Shown here piece by piece: positions 53,241 through 64,000 of a stretch of DNA of 64,000 nucleotides (the stretch's first letter is position 1; every line of letters begins with the position of its first letter). The stretch is from positions 36,208,001-36,272,000 of the forward strand of contig NC_043007.1 of assembly GCF_006345805.1 (NCBI RefSeq), read 5' to 3'. Source of the stretch: Octopus sinensis (Eukaryota). The notes beneath the pieces were generated by a model. That model worked only from the letters and a program-made list of their open reading frames with translations, searched no databases and was not told where the DNA came from. A program made the position numbers and the translations under genes.

Positions 53241-54559
53241 TTTATACATATACACATATATATGCATGTAAGCAAACACATACCAATTTACAAATATGTA
53301 CTCACATGCACATTTTTAGGAATGCCAGAAGCAGTGTATGAAGAATGCTTTGTTGTTTTGCTAGTAACCGGCTTCAATAAACTTCAAGAACATTAACGTA
53401 TATTGTAAATACATGAGCATATTTTGACACTCCGTCGATTACGACGACGGGGGTTCAAGTTAATCCGATCAACGGAGCAGCCTGCTCGTGAAATTAACGT
53501 GCCACTTGCATGGGCTTCCATACGGTTTCCATCTACCAAATTCACTCATAAAGCTTTGATTGGCCCGGGGTCATACTTGAGATTGAACCAGAAACTGCAC
53601 GGTTAGAGAGGGAATTTCCTAAGCACATAGCCATAAACAAAGATTATGATATAGTATAAACTGACGTACGTAGTTTAATATTCCTAGAAACATTTCGATA
53701 TGGTTTCCTGATAATAAGAAATTTCTGGGGGTTTGTAAGGACTGTGCGATGCGAGGGTGACGTGAGTGGTTCCTTAGTAGATCACACGGTCGATACAATA
53801 AATATAAAATGAATAAGTTCCAGAGAGAAAAAGGAGACACAACCTCGTAGAACAATGAAGAGATTTACTGATGTAATAACATCTTTTATTTGGAAAAAGG
53901 TCTTTTTTTTTTGTTTTTCTGAAATATTATGAGAATATTAAACCATAAAATTTTCGTTGATTGATATTTGATGCAGTGTTATTTGTTGTTCAAATAAATC
54001 CCACTGGCCACTGAATTACTTCTCTTGGCACATTTTGGTTTAAACTATGCACATTACCTGAATATGTTTTTGTCACTTGGCTGTTGGAGACAAGTTAGAA
54101 CGATCGGCATGCTGACGACGTCTATTGAGGCAGGAATACGAGTATACGACTGTCTTCTTATCTTCAGACAATAAGCCTGTTCTTTTCTTTAATGGGATTC
54201 CAATTTTTGAGTTATTCTCCCCTTCTCATCTGGAGCTAGTCTTCAATACCATCTGGTAATTATGACACATCCTCTGGAGGCGGAGATAATCTTAATAAAC
54301 CAAGAGTTTATGTTGCATGAGATTTGATACAGCTATATTTGTCTATGTGTATACATGTAACACTCACTCAGATATTTACATATTCGTGAAAATGTTTTCA
54401 TTCAAACAAAGGAGACTTGTCATTTTGTTAGTGACATGTTTGGAATCTGCGAAGAATTTATTTAAATCTCAGGAAAATAAAATAAACTTACAGATATATG
54501 CACGCATTTGGTTAGAATTTCTATTAAGCATGTATCATTATTATATGTATGACTAAGAT

Positions 54560-55335
54560 AGCGAACCAGCAGAATCATTACCACGCTGGGCGAAATGCTT
54601 AGCGGTATTTCGTCTGCCGCTACGTTCTGAGTTCAAATTCCGCCGAGGTCGACTTTGCCTTTCATCCTTTCGGGGTCGATTAAATTAGTACCAGCTACGC
54701 ACTGGGATCGATGTAATCGACTTAATACCTATGTCTGTCCTTGTTTGTCCCCTCTATGTTTAGCCCCTTGTGGGTAGTAAAGAAATAGGTATTTCGTCTG
54801 TCGCTACGTTCGGAGTACAAATTCCGCCGGGGTCGACTTTACCTTTCATCCCTTCGGGGTCGATAAATTAAGTACCAGTTACGCACTGGGGTCGATATAA
54901 TCGACTTAATCCTTTTGTCTGTCCGTGTTTGTCCTCTCTGTGTTTAGCCCCTTGTGGGTAGTAAAGAAATAGGTATTTTGTTTGCCGTTACGTTCTGAGT
55001 TCAAAATCCGCCGAGGTCGACTTTGCCTTTCATCCTTTCGGGATTGATAAATTAAGTACCAGTAAAACACTGGGATCGATGAAATTGCCTATCCCCCTCC
55101 TCCAAATATCACCCCTTGTGCCTATAGTAGGTGAAAAGAATCGTTAGTACGCCGGGCAAAATGCTTAGCAGTATTTTGTCTGTCTCAACGTTCTGAGTTC
55201 AAATTTCACCGAGGTACATTTTGCCTTTCATCCTTTCGGGATCAATTAAATAAATACCAATTACACACTGGGGTCGATGTAAGCGATTTACCCCTTCCCT
55301 CGAATTTCAGGCCTTGTGCTTATAGTAGAAAGGAT
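54560..55335 (+). mobile_element. SINE family B tandem array (three ~184-bp units) plus a further copy
   Basis: tattt(c/t)gt at 54606, 54790 and 54974; a separate head at ~55140. Confidence 0.85.
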
Positions 55336-55620
55336 TGTTATATGTACGACTGATATATTCGGGCCAGTGTACTCATCTTGGTTGTTATAATGACAAGTGA
55401 CAATTCGGTCGTCGTATCTGCCAGCCGTCTTCAGGCAGCTGTCATATGACGTAAAGTTCTCGAGATATTAGACCAAACCATTGATGAAGTTAGACGTTAT
55501 AGACAGAGCCGTGAAAATGTGTGCAACGTCTCAAAATTTTAATCAGTAATATATATGCATATATACGTATTTGTTGGTAATATAAATAATAATAAGTATA
55601 TATATATATATAATATATAT

Positions 55621-55651
<31 letters not shown>

Positions 55652-55789
55652 GCATTTGTTATATATAGATAAAAACATCCAGGTACACACGTGCACTGGC
55701 ATCACACTTTCAAACACATACATACATACATACATACATACATACATACATACATACATACATACATACATGCTTTACTTCTTACTTGA

Positions 55790-55995
55790 GGAAGCTAGAG
55801 ATATTTCACATCCATTGTCTCCAACGAATTTTATGCATTACTTGGAAAGATAAGGTCTCCCACACAGAAATCCTCCAGCAAGCAGGAATCTCCGGCGTTG
55901 AAGCCATGATCCAATGCCATCTTCTGAGATGAGTCGGCCACGTTATCAGGACGCCTGATAATCGTCACCCGAAAATGGTCTTCTTCAGAGAGCTA
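55790..55995 (+). pseudogene. RTE-type LINE RT C-terminal fragment
   Basis: FHIHCLQRILCITWKDKVSHTEILQQAGISGVEAMIQCHLLR*VGHVIRTPDNRHPK matches the RTE LRW.GHV.R..D.R.PK pattern. Confidence 0.7.
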
Positions 55996-56089
55996 TCAAT
56001 ATGCATACATACATACATACATGCATGCATACAAATATGTTTACAAATACACAAGCATATACATTCATACATACATGTATATATATATA

Positions 56090-56295
56090 CTCTTTACTCT
56101 TTTATTTGTTTCAGTCATTTGACTGCGGCCATGCTGGAGCACCGCCTTTAATCGAGCAACTCGACCCCGGGAATTATTCTTTTGTAAGCCCAGTACTTAT
56201 TCTATCGGTCTCCTTTGCCGAACCGCTAAGTAACGGGGACATAAACACACCAGCATCGGTTGTCAAGCAATGCTAGGGGGACAAACACACACACG

Positions 56296-56338
<43 letters not shown>

Positions 56339-56920
56339 ATATACGACGGGCTTCTTTCAGTTTCCGTCTACCAAATCCACTCACAAGACTTTGGTCGGCC
56401 CGAGGCTATAATAGAAGACACTTGCCCAAGGTGCCATGCAGTGGGACTGAACCCGGAACGATGTGGTTGGTAAGCAAGCTACTTACCACACAGCCACTCC
56501 TGCACCTACCCACACAGCCACTCCTGCACCTATATTTGCATGCATACATATATTCATGCATACAAACATACATGCGTAAATACAGGCAATCATTCACTCA
56601 TACATGCAAAAATGCATGCATTGACCATTGATAAGAAGTTTGTAAATCCAGTACCCAGGATATACTTTCAGCTTCACACGTATTATTATTAGATACATAC
56701 GTGAAAGACGACGAGCTGGCAGAATCGTTAGCACACCGGGGAAATGCTTGGCAGCATTTCGTCGGTCTTTACGTTCTGAGTTCAAATTCCGCTGAGGTCG
56801 ATTTTGCCTTTCATCCTTTCGGAGTCGATAAATTAAGCACCAGTGAAACACTGGGATCGAAGTAATCGGCTATCCGCCTCCCCACAAATTTCAGGACTTG
56901 TGCCCATAGTAGAAAAGATT
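56090..56920. mobile_element. SINE family A (56090-56512 -) and SINE family B (56710-56920 +)
   Basis: Recognisable consensus matches. Confidence 0.85.
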
Positions 56921-57220
56921 ATTAGATACATACGTCTGGAGCAAAGAATGGCTAGTCTTAGGATCTTGGGGAGAGAACGCAAACCCTTAATTCATAGTCA
57001 GCAAGTGATCATGATATCTGGGACTATAAAAATCTGCAAGACCTTAACATTTAAAGAGTCATGGTTAAAACAAGATGCTTTCTTTCACTACATGCTACCA
57101 TGTAGGTGACCAGTCAAAATTTGCTCTAAACTAAAGAGAAAAACATACATACATACATACATACATACATACATACATACATACATACATTCATTCATTC
57201 ATTCATTCATTCATTCATAT

Positions 57221-57478
57221 AGCTGAAGATCAGTGAAAAAGAGAACACTTATGCTGAACTATTGAGAAATCTGCAGTTACTCTATCCAGATTACAAGTTC
57301 AGGTTTAAATCTGTAATTATTGGGGCCATGAGATATGTTAGAGACTGCCTAAATACCAATCTTGAGGAATTAGGCTTCTCATAACCAGAAAGGAGAAAGC
57401 TAATTCGAAGACTACAGATTCAATCCATCACTGGAACTATGAAAATCTGTAAAACTTTCCAGAAGTTTATCATTTAAA
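57221..57478 (+). pseudogene. C-terminal restriction-like endonuclease region of an RLE-type non-LTR retrotransposon
   Basis: LKISEKENTYAELLRNLQLLYPDYKFRFKSVIIGAMRYV..NLEELGFS*PERRKLIRRLQIQSITGTMKICKTF (EK..KY..L and IIGA.G patterns). A related fragment lies at ~56950-57055. Confidence 0.65.
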
Positions 57479-57705
57479 TAGCATGTCTAGATATGCAACT
57501 ATATGCAGGGGAATACATATATAAAACATACAAATCTGCACGCACATACATACTGTTGTGGTGGACGCCTCCCGGCGAAAAGTGGGCTGGTCCACTACTA
57601 ATAAATAGTGGACTGACACAATCAACCGGTCCGAAATACGCCGTCATCATGGAACATATCAGTGGCGCCGAGGATTCGAACTATGTGGTTAGGAAGCAAG
57701 CTTCT

Positions 57706-58025
57706 GGATCTTTTCCTTTTGATGGACGGAATTTTCTAGTTAACTAAACAATTTGAAACTTCGTATACTGGTAGAATGTGTCAAAAGAAAACATTAAACT
57801 TACCAATTACTATTTTGTTTTCAATTTTGTTTACAATATTGTTTTCTTTTGACACATATGGCGCAGGAGTGGCTGTGTGGTAAGTAGCTTACTAACCAAC
57901 CACATGGTTCTGGGTTCAGTCCCACTGCGTGGCATCTTGGGCAAGTGTCTTCTGCTATAGCCCCGGGCCGACCAATGCCTTGTGAGTGGATTTGGTAGAC
58001 GGAAACTGAAAGAAGCCTGTCGGAT

Positions 58026-58061
<36 letters not shown>

Positions 58062-58357
58062 ATGTGTTTGTGTGTCTGTGTTTGTCTCCCTAGCATTGCT
58101 TGACAACCGATGCTGGTGTGTTTACGTCCCCGTCACCTAGCGGTTCGGCAAAAGAGACCGATAGAATAAGTACTGGGCTTACAAAGAATAAGTCCCGGGG
58201 TCGATTTGTTCGACTAAAGGCGGTGCTCCAGCATGGCCGCAGTCAAATGACTGAAACAAGTAAAAGAGTAAAAGAGTAAAAGAGTATTCTACCAGTATAC
58301 GAAGTTTCAAATTGTTTAGTTAACTAGAAAATTCCGTCCATCAAAAGGAAAAGATCC
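57706..58357. mobile_element. TIR DNA element (GGATCTTTTCC.. termini, perfect 8-bp TSD AAGCTTCT) carrying a nested SINE A (57860-58285)
   Basis: About 72-bp inverted arms at 57706-57778 and 58286-58357; TSD at 57698-57705 and 58358-58365. Confidence 0.85.
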
Positions 58358-58499
58358 AAGCTTCTTACCACACAGCCACGCTTCTGTATACAAAAAGTGT
58401 TTACAAAAGAAAAAAATCTGTGTTTTATAATTAAATATTATTAGTTGTATAAAAATAATTATTAAAACATTTGGTGCATTATAGCAGTCGGGGGACCCC

Positions 58500-58830
58500 C
58501 TTCGGTCACGACACTGACCATGGGATGGCACCTAGAAAGTTACCCTCCTAGTTACAAGTCCGGGCAAGGTGGTTTACGGAAGACCAGCAGTCGCCCATGC
58601 ATACCGGCCTCCCCTCTCCACGCCACCAGTGTTATCCAAGGGAAAGGCTAAGGTCGATACAGCTTGGCACCCGTGACGTCGTAACTCATTTCTACAGCGG
58701 AGTGAACTGGAGCAACGTGAAATAAAGTGTCTTGCTCAAGAACACAACACGCAGCCCGGTCCGGGATTCGAGCTCACAACCTCACGATCGTAAGCTCGAC
58801 GCTCAAACCACTGAGCCATGCGCCTTCACT
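58500..58830 (-). mobile_element. tRNA-derived SINE (gtgaaggcgcatggctcagtgg head)
   Basis: Reverse head with B-box-like gagctcgaatccc; a similar plus-strand copy lies at 62355-62675. Confidence 0.75.
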
Positions 58831-59043
58831 ATATACACATTGTAGCAGTATAACCAATTTATTGCATATAAAGTTTAACAATAAAATCTTATATGCACCC
58901 CAAGGGCCATATGGACTCCCGAGGGCCATATGGACTCCCAAGGGCCATATGGACCCTAGTTGAGATTTTAGGTAGAAGCAAATGAGAGAGCGAGAGGGAG
59001 GGAGGGAGAGAGAGAATGGTTTGAGTGTGAAAACTTCGTGAGT

Positions 59044-59081
<38 letters not shown>

Positions 59082-59371
59082 GAGAAAGAGGGAGAGAGAG
59101 AGATTAGGAGAGAAAACAGGTGGCAATAATGTGGGGATAGAAAAGTGTAAATGTGTGTGTGTGTGTGTTTGTGTGTGTGTAAAAGAGAGGATGTGTGAGA
59201 GGGAATATGTGAGGGTATGTAAACCAGAAGAGAAGGAAATCCTGTTTTTGTATTGCGTATGCGAGTGACAGAGAGAGACAGAAATAATGAGAAAGTGTGT
59301 AAAGTTAATAGTAAGAATATCACTGATGGCAAGGGAAAGAGAGAAAGGAAGATACATGTAGAGAGATACAT

Positions 59372-59402
<31 letters not shown>

Positions 59403-59643
59403 GATAGACAGAGAGGTAAACAGACAGAGGGGAGAAAGAGAGGTGATGTGGAGAGACAGAAGGCGTGGTAACGAGAAGGAAGAAAGAACGAGAGAGACAG
59501 AGAGTGAGAAAGATGGTAGAGGTGGGGTGAGGGAGGGAGGGAGGGATGAAGTAGAGTTGAGGCATTGGGAGGAGTTGATAAAAGAAGAGACATTTAGATG
59601 GTCTGAGGAATTGTCGGGGGAAGAAAAGAAAAGATAACGCCAT

Positions 59644-59697
<54 letters not shown>

Positions 59698-59898
59698 CAG
59701 TCATACACACATACACACAAATATATATATATTCATTCACTCACCCACATAAGCAAACACACATTCTGTCTTATACACAACACAAACAACAACAACAACA
59801 GCAAGCAGCTAGAGTCTATTTGTGTGAGGAGAAAGGATAGTAAAGATGAAGATGGTGGTAGATGTGGTGGTGGTGGTGGTGGTGGTGGCGGCAGATGG

Positions 59899-60399
59899 AT
59901 GCTGGTGGTTGGAATTTTCGCTCGGTGCCTGCTATCGAACGAAAGAAGAATGTTTCTAAAGTCGACCGACGCCTGTAGTAGCTCTGCCGCTGATGTTGAC
60001 AAGACGCCAGTATCGGTCGGCAAGCCGCCGGCGACAGTCGCTCCAATGATCAGCAGTGCTTGCCACAAGAACGAAAGCGTGGCCAAGAGATATGGCCCGC
60101 ACTCTCACACAGACTACAAGGCCGCCATCACCACTGCCGCCGCCACCACCACCACAACCGCCACCACCGCCACAGCCACTACTACCAGCTCCAATACCAA
60201 CAGGCGCAGCGGCGGAGGCGGTGGTGGAGGTAGCTCCAGGAACTTTACATACGCTCTGGCCGTCGTTAGTTTATCGGTTTTCCTACTGGTCGTCTGTTAT
60301 GCCATTTGGACACTTTCCATTGAGACTATACTTCCGGTCGTTACTGAATCCAACAAAAACCTCGAAGATCTCCGGCCCAACAATCTACCACCTTTGCTG
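59899..60399 (+). CDS. Probable first coding exon of a type II single-pass membrane protein
   Basis: GC-richer open frame with T/A/G-rich linker, then the TM-like segment FTYALAVVSLSVFLLVVCYAIWTL, ending at an in-frame donor CTG|GTAAGC (60400). The start ATG is uncertain (59899 or a later in-frame ATG). Confidence 0.55.
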
Positions 60400-60499
60400 G
60401 TAAGCGAACTCACAGCTCTTGAATTTCTCCGTTGACTTCTCCCCTCTCCTCCTTCTCTTATTCCTTGCTTTTAAGAATTTCTTCCTTTCTTTCTCCATT

Positions 60500-60960
60500 C
60501 CAGAGGTCCCCAACAAATTTTTGCCCACAGACTCCCTTTGATTCCCGTCTTAACTCTACTAGACCCGGCCCCCATAGCCGTTCATTGTTTAAACAATCCT
60601 GTTGTATTTTTATAATTATATATTATTAGAAATTGTATTAAAATGTCAAAATATTTAGTACATAACAGAAATACATCCAATTTATCGCGCATAAATTTTA
60701 ATAACAAACTCTTACATGGACTTCCAAAGGTCATACGGACCCCGGTTGAGAACCCCTTTTAGTCCAGTGGTTCTCAACCTTTTTTTTCTTCTTTTTTTTT
60801 TATCTATGAACTCCTTTGATTCCTATTTTATTCGGATGGACCCTCATAGCCATTCGTGGTTTTAAAAATCATATATTTTATAATTAAATATAATTAGGAC
60901 TTGTATAGAAAAGTTGTTAAAATATTTTGTGTATTTAAACGTATAACAGTTACAACACCA
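60500..60960. mobile_element. hAT-like MITE remnants
   Basis: End ggaccccggttgagaacccc (~60738-60757) and start cagtggttctcaacc (~60765-60780) resemble hAT TIRs; related ends at ~48733, ~58905-58965 and ~62895-62925. Confidence 0.5.
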
Positions 60961-61254
60961 TCTTATAGCACATAAACCCTAGCAACTAATTAAATTCTAT
61001 GGAAAATGGATGTTCACCAGTGAAATATGTAAAATATATCATAGATATATGAGGACGGATTTATTTAAAATGCTGCCTTAGTGCTGTTTTATTCAATGCG
61101 AGCCTTGTTGTGGTTGATGCTCTTCTGTTAGTTTTGTAATATTTGGATGAACAGTTATCTATGATAATCGAAGACTAGCATTTGTACAATGTTGAGTCAG
61201 ATACGAGCTTTTGGTGGTGAGTTAAAGACACAGCTGAAACCAAATTCAACAAGG

Positions 61255-61412
61255 TGCAGGAGTGGCTGTGTGGTAGGAAGCTTGCTTACCAACCACATGT
61301 TTCCGGGTTCAGTCCCACTGCGTGGCACCTTGGGCAAGTGTCTTCTACTATAGACTCGGGCCGACCAAAACCTTGTGAGTGGATTTGGTTGACGGAAACT
61401 GAAAGAAGCTTG

Positions 61413-61492
<80 letters not shown>

Positions 61493-61668
61493 ATGTGTGT
61501 GTGTGTGTGTCAGTTTGTCCCCACGCCATCGCTTGACAATCGGTGTTGATGTGTTTACGTCAACGTAACTTAGCGGTTCAGCAAAAGAGACCGATAGGCT
61601 TACGAAGAATAAGTCGTGGGATCGAGTTGTTCGAATAAAGGCGGTGCTCCAGCATGGCCGCAATCAAA
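61255..61668 (+). mobile_element. SINE family A
   Basis: Full head-to-tail match. Confidence 0.85.
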
Positions 61669-61879
61669 TAAGATGAAGGAAAACCAGTAATGCTTCTCTG
61701 CGCTTTCTCCCAGAGATATGGACACACACACACACACATACACACACACATATATGCAGTGTCATTACTTTTCTATACATTATGCTTCACATCTTTAATT
61801 CCTGCTTGAAATATTTCATCACTTTACAATTCAATGAAATTCTCTTCCAGACAAATATCCCCCTGAACGAATATTCTTT

Positions 61880-62305
61880 ACTACTCTAGGCACAAGGCCC
61901 GAAATTTGGGGGGAGGGGGCCAGTCGATTAGATCGACCCCTGTATGCAACTGATACATAATTTATTGACCCCGAAAGAATAAAAGGCAAAGTCGACCTCG
62001 GCGGAATTTGAACTCAGAACGTAAAGGCAGACGAAATACCACTAAGAATTTCTCCCGATGTGCTAACGTTTCTTATTTCTTTACTACCCTCAAGGGGCTA
62101 AACATCAAGGGGACAAACAAGGACAGACAAACGGATTAAGTCGATTACATCGACCCCAGTACGTAACTGGTACTTAATTTATCGACCCCGAAAGAATGAA
62201 AGGCAAAGTCGACCTCGGCGGAGTTTGAACTCAGATCATAGAGACAGACGAAATATTGCTTTGCATTTCGGCCGGTGTGCTAACGATTCTGCCAGCTCGC
62301 CGCCT
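61880..62305 (-). mobile_element. SINE family B with duplicated body
   Basis: Two units of aaaggcaaagtcgacctcggcgga. Confidence 0.85.
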
Positions 62306-62995
62306 TTTCCGTCAACAAATATTAACTTCAAAAGGAAGATATAGCCCATCTTAGTGAAGGTGCATGGCTTAGTGGTTCGAGTATTCGGGTCACGATCGTA
62401 AGGTCATGAGTTCGATTCCCGGCAGCGTGTTGTCTCCTTAAGCAAGACACTTTATTTCTCGTTGTTCCAGTTCACTCAGCTGGCAAAAGTGAATCGTACC
62501 TGTATTTCAACGGGCCAGCCTCGTCACATTCTGTGTCACGCTGAATCTCCCTAAAGAACTATGTTAAGGGTGCGTGTCTGTGGAGTGCTCAGCCACTTGA
62601 ATGCTAACTTCACGAGCAGGCTCTTCCGTTAATCAGATCAGCTGGAGCCTTCATAGTCGTAACCGACGGAGTGCCGTTTGTTTTTTTTCTTTGTTTTTAT
62701 TTACTTACCCAAATAAAAGCGGAAATAGGTGAGTTTACACACTATGTTGAATTATGTCAAGCTTTAGAGAAAGAAACTTTGTTGTTTCTTTGCAAGAAAT
62801 ACGTCTGAAGTATACACCTTTTTATGGACCCTGTAGACAGCCAATTTACTGTTTTGCTTGCGTGTACCCCACAAAATCTTATATGAACCTCTTGGAGTCA
62901 TATGGATCCCGGTTGGGAACTACTACTCTGATCCTTTCCTTAACTCTTTTTCCTTATTTTAGTTAATTTTTTTAATTATTTTACGTTCAGTCTTA

Positions 62996-63057
<62 letters not shown>

Positions 63058-63489
63058 TTCGTATTCGCTGTCATTTCTTATTCTTCTCACCACTGTGTGA
63101 AAACTGAGAATGCAAAGAGACACAAGGGAGTTTAGTGAAATCCTGTTCATTCTCCTTACGTTTTTAAAGTTATTATCAGAAGAAATTAAGCAAAACAACA
63201 ACCAACAAACAAACAAACAAACAAACAAAAATTAACTATAAACAATGTTTTAAACCAGGAGTCGACCAACTTCTTATGGCATTGACCCCTTCGTGGAATT
63301 TCTTGATAACTTATTTCTTGATAACTGGCCCCTCTGAAATCACGTGAATTTCTAAAATAAAATTAAAAACTACAATTAATAAAAAAAGAAAGAAGACTCT
63401 TGATTTAAAAACAATAATCCCTTCGTTCTTTTGCATCATTATAGCTTTTAAATAAGAAATATTGAAAAGAAATTTGATAAAAATACTTA

Positions 63490-63905
63490 GGCGCAGGAGT
63501 GGCTGTGTGGTAAGTAGCTTGCTAACCAACCACATGGTTCCGGGTTCAGTCCCACTGCGTGGCATCTTGGGCAAGTGTCTTCTGCTATAGCCCCGGGCCG
63601 ACCAATGCCTTGTGAGTGGATTTGGTAGACGGAAACTGAAAGAAGCCTGTCGTATATATGTATATATATATATTATAAGTGTGTGTGTATATGTCTGTGT
63701 GTCTGTGTTTGTCCCCCTAGCATTGCTTGACAACCGATGCTGGTGTGTTTACGTCCCCGTCACCTAGCGGTTCGGCAAAAGAGACCTATAGAATAAGTAC
63801 TAGGCTTACAAAGAATAAGTCCCGGGGCCGATTTGCTCTACTAAAGGCGGTGCTCCAGCATGGCCGCAGTCAAATGACTGAAACAAGTAAAAGAGAGTAA
63901 AAGAG
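63490..63905 (+). mobile_element. SINE family A, full length
   Basis: Nearly identical to the 57860 copy outside the microsatellite. Confidence 0.9.
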
Positions 63906-64000
63906 TTAATGAAATAAATTAAAGTACAATAGAAATTGTCTCTTTGTTGTCTTGGGAGAGCCATTATGTCAATAATAATCTTTTCTACTAAAGGCACAGA

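Noticed and set aside
55390-55455. Minus-strand ctgaaga-cgg...cc-gaat motif
   Set aside because: GAAA incomplete and stems I/III do not pair convincingly; at most a decayed relic.
58905-58965. Three 19-bp direct repeats (agggccatatggactccc)
   Set aside because: No spacers, so not CRISPR-like; a short tandem slip within a MITE end.

Overview
Repeat-dense eukaryotic genomic DNA. It is AT-rich with very abundant (TA)n/(TATG)n/(CA)n/(GA)n microsatellites and tRNA-derived SINEs of the type I recognise from Octopus; the octopod origin is an inference. Most listed ORFs are microsatellite artefacts. Supported host genes: a spliced SLC46-like MFS transporter on the minus strand (coding exons 18485-18703, 11520-12369, probably 11050-11309) and a probable first coding exon of a type II membrane protein (59899-60399, +). 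Transposons: a 4.4-kb Penelope-like (GIY-YIG) palindrome (2932-7305), two decayed mariners, a nearly complete CR1-group LINE ORF2, an internally deleted Ty3/Gypsy element, Tx1/RTE/RLE LINE fragments, Helentron-like elements, TIR MITEs with 8-bp TSDs, dozens of SINEs, and a 3x 1.41-kb tandem duplication. The most notable non-obvious signal is five sequences that fold by eye into type I hammerhead ribozymes: 2651-2701(+), 2975-3052(-), 7186-7262(+), 50764-50825(-) and 50832-50893(+). Four of them occur as mirror-image pairs inside palindromes. There is one 100-N assembly gap (28205-28304). Coordinates were read by eye, and repeat boundaries are approximate.
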